DNA of 63,337 nt, counting the filler, from Reclinomonas americana ATCC 50394 (taxonomy: Eukaryota), in NCBI GenBank assembly GCA_048213135.1. It is 4 parts of 3 records of this genome, joined end to end, with 100 filler letters (N's around TTAATTAATTAA, not from the genome) between each part and the next. Parts side by side here need not be neighbours in the genome. Positions count along the whole stretch, not along the records: positions 1 to 25,812 come from PS015597.1; 3 more parts are not named here. One strand, 5' to 3'. Each line of letters starts with the position of its first letter. Position 1 is the first letter of the stretch. Below are positions 1-13,467 of the stretch, piece after piece. The notes beneath the pieces were generated by a model. It made no database searches and was not told where the DNA came from. It saw only the letters and a list, made by a program, of their open reading frames with translations. A program made the position numbers and the translations under genes.

Positions 1-46
<46 letters not shown>

Positions 47-100
47 TCTCTCTCCTTCATCTCTTCTCTCTCCTCTCTCTCTCTTCTGTTACAAGCTTAC

Positions 101-176
101 CTGAGTAGGCCAGTGCAACAGGAGTCGCGACTGTGACAACCAAGACGAGGGCGATAAGAAAAGAGAGCTTTGTCAT
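101..176 (-). CDS. First exon (signal peptide) of a secreted or membrane protein whose remainder lies outside the window
   Basis: ATG at 176 gives MTKLSFLIALVLVVTVATPVALAYS, a typical signal peptide, followed directly by the donor G|GTAAGC and a GA/GT microsatellite intron. Confidence 0.7.
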
Positions 177-326
177 ATGCTCCTGTGTGTTTGCCACGCT
201 GCGATCGAACGAACAATCAATCAATGCGTTTTTTCCCGCCACTTTTGTGCACCTCTCCATTGTTGTACTCATTCGCGCTTGGCGCGTTCCTCGGTTATTG
301 TAGTGGTGTCTACGCCTTGCTCGTCG

Positions 327-3300
327 ATGAAGGCCTCTGCGGTGAGTGCATTCACCCCTGCTCACGCACATCTCACAACAAAATGTTTCATCTCACACAC
401 ACACACACACTAACACACACATTCGCAGTGCGGCCTCTTCTGCGCCTCCCTGCCACGCGCTCTCCTCCTCTTCTTAGCCGTCCTCTGCTTCTCCGTGCCT
501 CTTCCTTCATCGATCTCCGCTGCGACCACTGGCTTCTCACCCTCGACACTGCCATTCAACACCGCCACCACTGTCACGGTGACGGGCACTGGTCTCGCCA
601 TCTCCGACACAGTAGTCATTGTCACCGGCGCGTCGTCCACGTGCGCCGGCTCGCCGCCGTCGCGCAGCGGCTTTGTGTCGGCCTCCGCCACACTGACTGT
701 CGCTGGCGGAGGTACCAACACGCTGATTGCTGCCGTGACTCCCGTGCGCGATGGCACGNNNNNNNNNNNNNNNNNNNNNNNNNNNNNNNNNNNNNNNNNN
801 NNNNNNNNNNNNNNNNNNNNNNNNNNNNNNNNNNNNNNNNNNNNNNNNNNNNNNNNNNNNNNNNNNNNNNNNNNNNNNNNNNNNNNNNNNNNNNNNNNNN
901 NNNNNNNNNNNNNNNNNNNNNNNNNNNNNNNNNNNNNNNNNNNNNNNNNNNNNNNNNNNNNNNNNNNNNNNNNNNNNNNNNNNNNNNNNNNNNNNNNNNN
1001 NNNNNNNNNNNNNNNNNNNNNNNNNNNNNNNNNNNNNNNNNNNNNNNNNNNNNNNNNNNNNNNNNNNNNNNNNNNNNNNNNNNNNNNNNNNNNNNNNNNN
1101 NNNNNNNNNNNNNNNNNNNNNNNNNNNNNNNNNNNNNNNNNNNNNNNNNNNNNNNNNNNNNNNNNNNNNNNNNNNNNNNNNNNNNNNNNNNNNNNNNNNN
1201 NNNNNNNNNNNNNNNNNNNNNNNNNNNNNNNNNNNNNNNNNNNNNNNNNNNNNNNNNNNNNNNNNNNNNNNNNNNNNNNNNNNNNNNNTACTCGCTGTGC
1301 TACAAGGAGACGGCGAATGGGTCGTTCGCCTTCCTCGGCAACCTCACCGTGAGCGTGGCCACTGCCTTCTCACCCTCCACGCTCAGCATCGGCTCCGGCC
1401 AGTCGTTGACGCTGAGTGGCGCGGGTCTGTCGGCGGCCGACACGGTCAAGTTGGTGCCTTTCGGAGCGCTGTGCTCCGGTGCCGCGGTCGTAGGCGTCAC
1501 ACTGGGCACGCAGAGCATGGTCGGCGGCACCTTGGTACTAACGGGCATCGCTGTGTCGGCCAGTGTGGGTTGCGCCGACACACTCAGTGTGTGCCACAAA
1601 CTGGCGGCCGCCTCCAACTTCTACACGGTGGGCATGTCACTGCAGATGAATGCGAGTGCGACGCTTTCGTCGACGGGTGACATGCGTCTGTGCACCTCTG
1701 GTGTCATTTCATCTTCTGGCACCGCGTATGCTGCCGCCCTGTTGGATGTGACGCAGTTTACATTGTCGTTCCGGATGCGCATTTCGGCCGGCGCCGCAGA
1801 CGGCATGATGTTTGTCATTCAGAACATGGGTGCCACGGCGTACGGCTCTGCCGGCGGTTACCTTGGCTTCTACGGCATGACACCGAGTGTTGGCATCAAG
1901 TTTGACACGAGCAACAACAACGGTGAGGGTTCGTCGTCAACTGGACTGTATCTGAACGGTGCATTGCCATTCGACGTTGGCTCTGTGAACCTGCTGACCA
2001 GCAGCATCACGCTGGCCAGCAACAACATCATGCAGGTGGATATGACGTACGACGGAACGACGCTAGCCGTCACGATTACTAACACGGCGACGCTGGCCAC
2101 GGCCTCCCAGTCGTACACTGTCAACATTCCGTCGCAAGTCGGCGCCAACGCGGCTTGGGTTGGTTTCTCCGCCGGCACCGGCGGCGCGACGGGCAACTTT
2201 GACGTGCTCGCTCTGTCGTATGTGAGCCCCACCTCTCAAGTCACGTACCTCCCGACACAGACGACCGCACTTGCGATTACGTCGGGCACTGTGTCGCCCA
2301 CGGCGCTGTATCCGGGTGTGTTGTGGAATCTGACCGTGTCTGGCATCAACCTGGCCACCACCGACCTGATCCGGTTCGTGCCGCTCGGCACGAGTTGCAG
2401 CAGTGCGACGCAGTTCACGAGTGTCACCGCCTCGAATGCGCTTGCTGTCTCGGCTGGTAACACGGTACTGACAGTGTCGGCCGTGTCGGTGGCCTACAGT
2501 TTGGTGAATTCGTTTGTGACAGTGTGCCGGCAGCCGACTGGTGCTTCTTCGTTTTGCGCACTGAGGGCGAATCAGCAGTTTACGTTGGGGGGTGTGGCGC
2601 GTTATTCGGCTTCTGGCATCCTGCTGTACGCAGTGGCTGGCACCGTTCCGGGTATGGTGTTCACGACAAGCAAGGTGAATGTGGCGAACTTTAGCGCCAG
2701 CTTTGCGCTGCGGTTGAGCGGCGGTGGCGAGGGTGTGTGTTTCGTGATCCAGAACCAGTCTCCTGTGGGTGTCGGTATTCCGGCGTGGGGTCTCGGCTAC
2801 GCAGGCATGAGCTCGAGCGTGTGCGTCAAGTTCGACGTGGCCAATACCAGTGGCGAGGGTACCAGCTCCACCGGTCTGTACGTCAATGGTGCCGCACCAA
2901 CAAACACCGGCTCGATCAATCTGACAAGCAGCAGCATCGCCCTCGGCAACGGCAATGTGATGAACGTCAGCATGACGTACAACGGCACCATGTTGTCGGT
3001 CACCATCACCGACAGTACCACGTTGGCGACTGCCACGCAGTCGTATACTGTCGACATTCCGGCCACCGTGGGCGCCAGCTCAGCATGGGTCGGCTTCACG
3101 GCAGGCTCATCGGTGTCGAGCAGTGTCGTGTACACGCTGTCGGCATTCACATTCGCCGACCAAGCAGCGTCCACTGTGGTGACAGGTCTGCCGGCCATTG
3201 CCGTATTGAATGTGGGCGCGACGGCGCTGACACCATCAGTGTTGACGCTGTCGACTGCCACCACGGTGACTTTGTCGGGCAACCAACTGGCGACCGGCGA

Positions 3301-6300
3301 CACGGTCAAGGTGGTGCCGAATTCGCTGCAGGTTGCCGGCTCCCTGCTGGTGTCGATCGATGCCAGCACGCTGCCACTCGGTGCAGTGACGACGGTATCG
3401 AATGGTGGCACGTTGGGTGGCACCTTCACCGCGGCTGGCAGCACAATGACGGTGGCGGAGCAGTTTGCGGTGCGTGGACTCGTGTTTAACGGCACCGCCT
3501 ACATGGCGCATTCCGTCGCGACACCACCGACGACGCTGGTAGGCAGCAAACCGTCGTTTACGATTGAAGTGTGGGCATTCAATCCGACTGTTGAGTCTTT
3601 GGAATGGTTGGTTTCGTGGGGCGTTCGATCGACGTACAACCAGATCTCTTTCGGCGCTGGTTCGCATACGGGTTGGGGGGCGGTGTCTCATTTCAACAGC
3701 GATGTAATTTGGAGTGCTGGAGGACCGCCGACAGCGAACGCCTGGCACCTGTTGACGTACACGTCGGATGGCACGACGGATACAATTTACATTGATGGCG
3801 TGCTGTCCAACACCGCTACGCAGGTGTCGCTTGTCATCAGCAGCGCGGTACCGATTACAATCGGATCACAGTACGACTCAAGTGGAGTGGCATATGCCGT
3901 TGGGCGTCCAACGCTCACCATGGCTCGTATCCGTATCCACAGCGGTGCTCTTTCTGCTGCGCAAGTGCTTGCCAACTTTCAGCAGGAGCAGTGTGTGTTC
4001 CTGTCGTCAGTGGTTGTCGGCGGCAGTCCCTTGTCGGTGGCCACTGCTGGCACGCTGTTGGTCTCCATGGACGCCACTGGACTGGCGCTGGGTTCTGTTA
4101 GCACAGTCAGCAATACTGGATCACTGGGCGGTGTCTTCACGGCGACAGCGAGCACCGTGACTGTGGAGCTGACGAATGGTGCTCGTGGTCTGCAGTTTGA
4201 CGGGACGGCATACATGCCACTGTCGGTAAGCACGCCTGCGTCGCTGAAAGGCTTGCGTCCGGTTCTCTCGATCGAGGCGTGGGTGTTGAATCCAGATGTG
4301 GCGATAGAGGAGACGATTGTCGCGTGGGGAATTCGAGCAAACCAACAGTGCTTTGTATTTGAGTACGGCAGCTTTAGTGCATGGGGCGCAGTTGTTCATT
4401 ACAACGATGATATGCCGTGGGGATCACCAGTGCCCGCGGCCGGCACGTGGCACCACTTGGTGTTTACATCGGATGGGACAACAGAGCGTGTGTATGCTGA
4501 CGGATTTCTGTCGAATTCGGGAATCAAGAACCCCAATATCTCCGCGTCCACACCCATCACTCTTGCGTCGCAGTACAACGGCGACGCAAGTCCGAAAACA
4601 ACTCTGCGTGGCACCCTGACGATTGCTCGGCTGCGTATCCACAGCAGCACGTTGACGGCGGCGCAGGTGTTGAATAACTACATGGCGGAGCGTAGCACGT
4701 TTCTGTCGAGCTCCTCTCTAACGTGCACTGTACCGGCGGGCGACTGCAGTGCTGCGGCGACCTCGCTCATCAGCATCGGCGCCAAGAGTGTGGCGAGTGG
4801 AGCGTTGACTGTGGCAAGTGTCACTGCTGGCACGGGAGCGTTGATGGCACCCATGGCCGTGTGTCACATGCCAGTGTCCGCAAGCTCGTTTATCGAACAG
4901 GCGCAGCCGTTGATCACTGCTCGAGGTGCGTGACGGGCGCAGCGAAGGGTACCACCATTTCTTCCTTGTGGTCACTGACGACTGTGTTGGGTGCTGGTCA
5001 TACAGCCACAATGACTGTTTCTGCAGTGTCGCCAAGTACCATCCACCGGCGATCGTGGCAACTTGTCTCGTTGACGGGAAGTTGCGTCGCCCTCATGTTT
5101 AGAGCATCTTTATCCGAAGTACATGTCTCTAACCTGCGGTCGTCGTCATGCAGCCAACTTTTTCGACTTGTCCACCAGCGGCGACTCTGCAGCAGCGGTG
5201 CTATCATCGAATGCGGTGTGTGTGTTCCGTTGCACACCATGAAGCACAGTCTCATCAGCACTTCTAACGACTTGTGTGCAATTGTGCAGAACTGCAGCGG
5301 TACACTGGTGGTGGTGGCGACGTACCAGTCAATTGTTCTCGTCAGCAACAGCAGCTTGTGGGTGCTACTCGATGTGTCGAGCACGGCTGCTGGCACCTAT
5401 GTCATGTGCATCCGGGATCGGCCAGCCGGAGTGTACGTGCTGGCCGGGTCGGTGACCGTCGGTGAGTTGTCGTTACAGGGCAGAAAGAGAGGAGATGAGA
5501 GGGAGAAGCGATGGTAGAAGGCAAAGGTAGACGGTGCAATAGAAGATATGGTGTCTGGGGACAGAGGCACAGAAAAGAGTGAGAGCGATTGCTTCGGAAA
5601 GTGTTGATGACTGCTCATTGGGTGGTCATGTCGCGCATTGTCGTGTTTGTGGGGCACAGAAAGAGTGAGAGCGATTGCTTCAGAAAGTGTTGATGACTGC
5701 TTATTGGTGATCATGTCGCGCGCATCGTCGTGTTTGTGGGGCATTGCAAGAGTGAGGGCAGTGGAATGCAGTGTTCAGAATGCATTGGTTACTGCTTATT
5801 GGTAGTTTTGTCACGCGCACTTTCATGGAGAGGAGGGAAAAGAAATAGGAGACGGAGGTACGGAGAGAAACGACGGCATGTGGCAGAGGAGAAGGAGAGT
5901 GATGACTGCAGATTTGTATGCAATGCATGTTGTTAGTGCTGCATGGCAACCTCATTCTCTGCCCTCTCCACCTTCCCCTGACATTGTTTTTGCTGCCTCA
6001 CCGCAGTGCAAGCCACCATGTCAGTATCGACAATTTCAGCGGCCGCTGCGCAAGCGATTGCACTGACGGGCGGCAGCATGAGCAACACCAGCGCCGACGC
6101 CATGGCATTCATCGTGTCGGCTGACTGCACTGCGGTGTCGCCAGCAGTGGTTGCGTCGACCAGTGTGAGTGCGACTTTTGTCAGTGCCGCGAGTGTCAAT
6201 CTCTCCGTGAACGCCACCGGTGCCACTGCTGGAGCGTACTCGCTGTGCGTACGCTGGACATCCGGCAGTGCGTATCAGTCGCTCGGATCGCTGTCCATTG

Positions 6301-7491
6301 GTAGAAAACGATGATGCGTGCATGCACGGTTTGTTGATGTGCGCTGCTCACTCTGCTCTGCAGGCAATGCTGCTCCCACCGACATTGCGCTTTCGAGTCT
6401 CACGTACGCCGTTCCGACCACGATGAACGCCGTGGTGGGCACACTGTCGACCACAGACGCGAACGCCGGCCAGACATTCACATACACAATTGTGGGTGGC
6501 GCCAATGCGACAGCATTTGCCATCGTCGGATCGCAGTTGCAAGTGCAGACTGGTGGTCTGGTCGACCGGCAACTGCGAGTGACGATTCGCAGTACCGACA
6601 GCGGCACGCCAGCGGCGTCGATCACCAAGTCATTTGTTCTCGCTTCAGGTGCAGTATGCGCAGAGGGTGGGCTGGGAGGAGAACACACACTTGTTTGACG
6701 TCCTCACCACAGCTTCATCGCCGAGTACCAGTTGTCCGTGTCAGCGGAGTTCTGCAGTTGACCCACCAGGTTTGCTTTCTTTACTGCTGCCGACTCTGTC
6801 CTTCCTTTTCTTACTTTGGCACAATGGTGTGCCTCGCAGTCGGCCTGGAGGTGTGTCAGTTGGAGAATGTGGATCGTCCGGGCAACGTATACGCCGCGCA
6901 CAACGTGAGCAACGCGAGTGCGTGCTGCATGAAATGCGATGGCGACGCTGCTTGTCAGGCGTGGGTGTTCCTGGATGCCGCTGCTGCGTCGAATACGACC
7001 GGAAAGTCACTGTGTCACCTCAAGGTCTCGTATTTGGTGATGCATGGTTGCAATATTAATGACATCGACACTCACGTTGAGTTGGTAGGCTGTTGTTCCT
7101 GCGACGGCAGTGAACGCCGAAACCAGCAACGTGTGTGGCACGTCGTATTGCATGCTGTCTGGCAAGAAGACACTCGCAGCTGTGTACAATTCAAGCAGCT
7201 TCCAGTTCTACACCGGTTTGTGCGGCATGTCTGAAGAGAGTGTTTCACCGACTCTTTGTTCTCACCACACCACTGCTACCTGGTGCAGATCAACCCGGAA
7301 GCACCATCTTCTCGACCACCAGCAGTGGTGCACAGGCATGCTCAGTTCTGTGCTCCGGCAATGCACTGTGTGGCAGCTGGACATTCACGGTCAGCTCGTC
7401 GACGTGTACACTAAAGGCGGCAGGCGCGGCGACATCGACGACAACGACGTGTGCGACTTGTGGGGATTGTGTATCGGGGGTGAAGGTGTAG
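327..7491 (+). CDS. Large secreted multidomain lectin/adhesin: signal peptide, Ig-like repeats, 2 L-type (legume-like) lectin domains, 2 LamG-like jellyrolls, a cadherin-like domain and 2 PAN/Apple domains; multi-exon, with an N gap at 759-1289
   Basis: Exon 327-341 (MKASA|GTGAGT) spliced to 429 gives the signal peptide MKASACGLFCASLPRALLLFLAVLCFSVPLPSSISA. L-lectin motifs ADGMMFVIQ..GGYLG..VGIKFDT..AWVGFSAGTG (~1650-2225, repeated ~2580-3155). LamG motifs FTIEVW..WHLLTYTSDG..IYIDGVL..RIRIHSGALSAAQV (~3340-3985, repeated ~4045-4700). Cadherin-like NAAPTDIALS..VGTLSTTDANAGQTFTYTIV..VTIRSTDSG (6364-6648). PAN-like DRPGN..ACCMKCDGDAACQAWVF and DQPGS..ACSVLCSGNALCGSWTF..CTLK. The downstream exons splice in frame to TAG at 7489-7491. 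Confidence 0.8.
5560..5760. repeat. Intronic tandem repeat, about 85-nt unit, about 2.3 copies
   Basis: GGCACAGAAA(A)GAGTGAGAGCGATTGCTTC.GAAAGTGTTGATGACTGC...TCATGTCGCGC..GTCGTGTTTGTGGG occurs twice, followed by a partial copy. Confidence 0.75.
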
Positions 7492-10400
7492 TAGTGGTAA
7501 AGAGGAGGGAGGTTTCGCATGCACGGTCGACGATGAGGAAAGGGAGCTTCGGAAAAATCGATGTCCTCTTTGTCCTCGTGCTGCTCTTTCGTTGTGCTCT
7601 TATGTTGTGGAGCACGTGCCTCTCTCAATAAATGGGTAACGTGCGAGTGTAGGAGGAGGTACGTAGAAAGAGCGCAGAGGGGAAGGAGATCGCTTCTGCT
7701 CTGTGTGTGTGAGAGAGAGTGTGTGTGTGTTGTGTTGTGTTATGTTGTGTTGTGTTGTGTTGTGTTGTGTGTGTGTGTGTGTGTGTGTGTGTATTTTGCA
7801 GTTGCGAGTGAGTGGGATCACACTGTTGGCAGTGAGCACAATGTTAGTGCGTTCTGTTGCCAGTGAGGGCGTGCTTCTCGCTGGGAGAACGCTCCTTTGC
7901 AGAGATCTCTCATCACCGCTGTGGCTCACTGCAATGGCCTCCGACAGTGCGGCAGGTGAGGCTGACTGAGATCTCACTGCAACTCCTCCGGTAGCCAGCT
8001 ATCTGTCACTGTCGAGTCGTGTGTGATTGCGATTGCACTCTATCACTGTGCGAGTGAGCGCAAGGGTTTTGCGCGTTCTCTTGCCGAGAGAATGAGCTTC
8101 TTTGAGGGAGCACTCTTTCCTCTGAAATGCGCGTGGTCGTTACTTATTCGACCGGTTTCGTGTGCATGCAGTTGAACTTGCGTCAGATCGCAAGTGGGAA
8201 GCAGTCGCCGTCGCCACGAGGGTTGTGCTAGTGGCAAGGAGGCTCGTCACCAGTCGGCTGCAGTCATGTAACAAGTGTGGCACTGTCGCGGTGAGTAGCC
8301 TGTATCGCTCACTCCGACACGATTTTTCTCATCTTCACCTCCACCTCCCTTCTTTGCGCTTATCTACTTGACTCACTTCCTTTTGGTGTCTCACCACTGC
8401 GCGCCCTCTGGCACTCTCAGCCTTGCCCGATGGCGCAAAACTCCGTCAATCTCTTCTTTCATGTTCCTTTGTCGACGCCGCCCCACTGCGCTCTTCACGC
8501 CATTTCATTGTTCCTGCTCCTGCTGTTGCTGGTCTTCACATGCACAGAGAGAGAGAGGGAGAGTGTCTTCTATCAGTATGTGATGACTGACATTCCTTAA
8601 TCATCATGCACTGTGGACGCACGCCGAGTACTTGCGCAACGAGATGAAGCGTGAGGTGGATCGAGCTGTTCCCTTCTTCCTAGTCGCGTGGCATGTGGCA
8701 TGTGGCATGTGGCATGCCCCACTTCCTGTTTCTTGCACGAGATTGAATCGCCACCTCAATTTCTTTCTCCCCCGTCCACCTCCTTTTGCTTGCCGCCGTG
8801 CTCTCATTATCGCGTCGCATATGCTCTCTCACTCTCTGCGTGCGCGTGTGGTGCGTTGGCGTCGAATGAATGTCAACTTGCGGTCGAGTTGGTCACCTGC
8901 CACTTCTGTTTTTCATGTATTGACCGAGGGCGGGCGTCTCTGTATCATCGTTTCCTCGCGGTTGCGTTCGTCGACAGTGCGGCGAGTGTTGTCTGAGTCT
9001 TTGGGCCTCACGTCTGTTATATACGCGCGCGGTAGCTGAAGTCTAAGAAGAGAGGGCCTGTTTTTTCTGTCTCTCTCCCGTCGTTCATGCACTCTCTCCT
9101 TCTCCTCTCACATGCGCTCTCCCGCTCACGGGCATTTCGAGTGCCGGCTGCATCCCTCTGACTCTTGCGAGGCCTGCGCTGAGAAGAGGGTGTTTGAGGC
9201 GACAGCTTTTGTGCCGCCACCTCTCTTCAGCCCCCCCCTCTCTTGCTTTACTTTCCTTCTCCTCCTCTCGCATGCTCTTTGTCCATCTGTGGACACTCGA
9301 GTGCCGACTGCATCTTTCTGACTCTTGTGGTCTGTGCACAGATGATGGAGTTACTGATGGCCGTTTGCGTCACCACCTCTTTTTCTGTCTCCTCTCTCTT
9401 GCATGCACGCACAATCGCTCCACGCATGCTCGTATGTATCGGTGGGTGCGTCAGTGCTGCTTGCAGCTTTTCTTCTCGTGCTTGAGTCTCTTTTTCGCAC
9501 CATTGCGTCTTGGTTTTCCTCAATACGTGCACTTACTCCACCCATGCGTATTTTTTCCATCTGCTCAGTGGTGGTTGCGACTCTCTGCCTCTGTTAGGCT
9601 TGTGCTCGACAGTTGGTGCTTGAGATGTTGCAGCTGTGCAATCGTTTCCAATCATTCTGAACACACTCGCTGTTTGCCTTCTCAATAGTTTGGTTGCTAA
9701 ACACACTTCTCTCTGCATCTCTCCCTCCTGTTCCTCACGCTCCCTCCCTCCTGCTTTGCGTTACGGACCATTTCTGGCATACAACTCCGCTCATTGTTGT
9801 GTTCACTCTTGCAAAATCGGCATCTTTTCCCCTATTTCCGTAGTCGCACCCACTGTATACTCGCGTAACTCCTCCTCCTCCTCCTCCACCACCACCCTCA
9901 CTTGTGTACTAGCACGTGCTGCATGTGCATTTTGCCACATTTGCCTTTTTTGGCGCGACATGCCGCCCCCCCGACTGTTGCACTCTCCTCTCTCGCTGTT
10001 CCCTCGTCTCTCCTCATCAGTGCACGAGCTCCGCCAGTGCGAGTCATGCACCGCTCTGCCGCTCTCTCGATTTGGCACACTATCGGTCATGAGATATCGG
10101 CCAGTCTTTTATCCCCGTTAAGTCTCTCTCACGCTCATGTCTAGTCTTGACCTTGCAATGCACGGCGAGTTCCGTCAACTCACCTTGCTTCTCCTGTCGT
10201 GATGCATGTTGTTGAGTGTGCGTGATGGTATATCGACTCTCTCTCTCTCCCTCTCTCACCACTTCCCTGTCACTGTTTTTGTCATGATATCGGCTTTGTT
10301 TATCTCCTCACAGTCTCTCACTCATGCTCCATCTCCATCTCACGGCTTCACCGACCGTGCATTTCCTCTCCTGCGCATATTTGTTGACGATATCAGCCAC

Positions 10401-10595
10401 TTGTGGTGCTATTTCTCTTTCTCTCTCCAATCTGCGAATGCGCGCAGTCAACTCGTCCCTCTCTCTCTCTCTTCCTCACCACTTCCTCGTTCTCCCTGTC
10501 TGCATACGAGTCAACTCCGTCGTCTCTCTATCTTTCCGTTCTCCTTTTTCAGTGCATTCTGGAGTTTGCATCATGCATATCGACGCTCCTTATAT

Positions 10596-10653
<58 letters not shown>

Positions 10654-11611
10654 CTCNNNNNNNNNNNNNNNNNNNNNNNNNNNNNNNNNNNNNNNNNNNN
10701 NNNNNNNNNNNNNNNNNNNNNNNNNNNNNNNNNNNNNNNNNNNNNNNNNNNNNNNNNNNNNNNNNNNNNNNNNNNNNNNNNNNNNNNNNNNNNNNNNNNN
10801 NNNNNNNNNNNNNNNNNNNNNNNNNNNNNNNNNNNNNNNNNNNNNNNNNNNNNNNNNNNNNNNNNNNNNNNNNNNNNNNNNNNNNNNNNNNNNNNNNNNN
10901 NGGCCTAGGAGAAGAGGAGTGAAAGTTCAAGCAAGAAGACACAGGAAACAGAAATGAGAGTGAGTGCGTGTATGAGAGTGTGTGTGTGTGTGTGAGAGAG
11001 AGGAGGGGGGGGAAGAGGAGAATAACACTAGTGCAAGATTGGGATACAAAAAACATACGACTGTGAGGAACGGAGAGGTGTTAAATGTGTGGGCACGAGG
11101 GTGCACATGAGTTGAAGAGAGACAGAGAGAGGAACTTACACGGAGAAGACTCGGATATTGTCGACAATATGCGCTGATAGGAGGAGAGGATATGCGCTGA
11201 TATGAGGAAACGGAGAGGTATGCGACAGAGTGTGAGGAGATAAGACAAAGCTGTTCCCTCCTCATGCACGAACATCAATAACAGGAGAGTGGAGTGAGTT
11301 GCGCAAACTGAGCTCGTGGGCAGATGACAGTGAGAGAGACGGACGAGGAAGTAGAGAGTGCGTGAGAGAATATTGCGTGTGGCTGATATCGTCAACAATG
11401 TGCAGAGGAAACAGGCGTATCACGTGTTGGCAGAGTCAGCGCACAGAAGAGAGTGAGTGCACTAGGTGGTGAGGGAGAGAGAGAGAGCGAGACTGCGAGG
11501 AGATAAAACGAAGCAGTCGTCTCTCGATGCATGTTGCTGATGAGAGGAGACTGGAGAGACACGAGTTGATGGAGCTCGTACGTAGATGGGGGAGCGCATG
11601 ACAGGGAAGTG

Positions 11612-11656
<45 letters not shown>

Positions 11657-13467
11657 AAGGAGCGTCGANNNNNNNNNNNNNNNNNNNNTTGTTGTTCTCT
11701 CTCTCTCCTCCTCCTCCTCCTCCTCCCTCCCCCCTCCCCTCCTCTCTCTCTCTCTCTCTCTCTTCTTTCTTTCTTCTGTTTCTCGTGTCTCCATTCTTGG
11801 TTTTCAGGCAATTCTTTTTATTGGCCGTGCCCTTTCGCTCGGGCTGCCGCTGCTCTCCATCGCATAATCGACCACGCAGTCGCTCTCTCGCCAGGGCATC
11901 ACTCCCGCTGCGCGCACGTGTCCTGCATGCTCTAGTAAAACGAAACCACTGTACTCCCATCGTTCTGTCTCTGGTCACACGTGAGTGTACCTTCTCGATA
12001 TTGCGCCCAGGCCAAGAGAGCAGAACACCAACACTGGCGCCTCTGCTACTGATAGGTGGTACATTGTGGTGGCCGGCATCAGCTAGGCACAACAACCAGT
12101 CTCTCTGCACAGCAGTCTGTCATTGTGTTCCTCCCGTATCATTCCTTGTCTCCTCTTCCCCCTCCTTCATCACTCTTTGCTTCCCCACAAGCACCGTGCT
12201 TATCTCTCTGTCTCTCACTCTCTCGTTTGCCCTATGGCATTCTCTGCACTCTCACTGGCCACTCTGTATTCGCTCTCCCACTCCTCGCACGCACCCACTC
12301 TTTTACTGTACTATGCAACGCACACATCTGAGTCACTCACTGTGCACACCAAACGCACTCAAGACACAGGCAACAACGCATTCTGTTTTCCCCTAAGAGG
12401 CAACATGCCATCTCCCTCCCACTCTTTTCTGGCACGAAGGACTGTCACAGCAGGTATGCTAGGCACTCGTCCACCACTCTGCTCTATTCACACACATGCA
12501 CACACACACCACTGCGCACACGGCGACGCGCGACGCGCGACGAACAAGTCGAGTGATGGCAATGGTCATGTCACCAACACACTGCTGCCGTCTGTGCCTG
12601 TATGCATGTGCTTGAATGCCATAAGCAGTGTGTCTCTATCTCTTCTTGCATCCAGCCTCACCACTCGCACAGCTGTGCGTGCGTCTGCTGCGTTAGTGAG
12701 TGCGAGTGTGCGAGTGTCAGGATCATGGCATGTCCATTGTTTGCGTTCCTCCACCAAACACTCTTTGTGCTGTCTATCTATCTATGCAGCAGCACCGACA
12801 CGAAACACGCATGCATGTATGCATTGACGCGCGTGCAGCAACAACCTCTTCCCGTGGCAGAGGTGTGAGCGTGAGTCCTGTATTTGCTGCTTCTGGACAA
12901 CGCCGGACAGCCCCTGCCGGAGTCGCGCACTTGCAACACAGCCTTCCTCTGCAACTCCCCAGCCTCCGCCTCCAATAAGATCCTCGTCACACACAAAGCT
13001 GTCAACCAATCATCTGACAACACGCACACACAAACATGGTTCGGAGCCAGCATTTCTCCCGATTTCGGCAAACCTCGATATCTTGTTTCTCGAAACGTGT
13101 ATGGGGTTCGCCACAACACAGTGTCTGTCATATACTACCGCGCATGCCTTCCCCGTCACCAACCAAAACGCACGCACACGCTGCCCGTCGCGATGCGGTC
13201 TTACAACCCGAACCGGACCAGCCAAATATGGTAATCGATATTCCGACAACAACATTTTTTGCACACTTTTGCCTGCCCACTCCGCTCTTCCTCTGCCCCT
13301 CCATCACCTTCTCCTCTTCCTCCACACTATGCACCACACACCGCCCATCAAACCATGATCGATTTCTGTGCGTGTCCGATCGGGGCAACTGGATCAAAAC
13401 TCGATCCGTCTGCAAACTCACTCTTCTCTCTGTGCGTGCGAGAGCGCACTGTCTCTCTCTCACACTC

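Noticed and set aside
170..494. ORF-track start at 170/224 for the 1587-aa ORF
   Set aside because: It reads through a CA-repeat intron and an N gap in the wrong frame; the spliced start at 327 gives a better signal peptide in frame with the Ig-like exon.
7800..8700. Possible exon fragments (e.g. HALWTHAEYLRNEMKREVDRAVPFF)
   Set aside because: Could not be linked into a consistent spliced ORF without assuming frameshifts, and no family is recognisable.
10225..11670. Apparent inverted repeat or MITE (TCGACGCTCCTTATATTCTC and TTGTTGACGATATCAGCC on both strands)
   Set aside because: The inverted copy lies on a small contig bounded by gaps on both sides, motif order fits a tandem repeat with a possibly flipped contig, and no target-site duplication is visible.
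8700..13400. Numerous ORFs rich in [18 protein letters not shown] or HTHTHT here and across the window
   Set aside because: They are translations of GA/CA microsatellites, pyrimidine-rich non-coding DNA or N runs.
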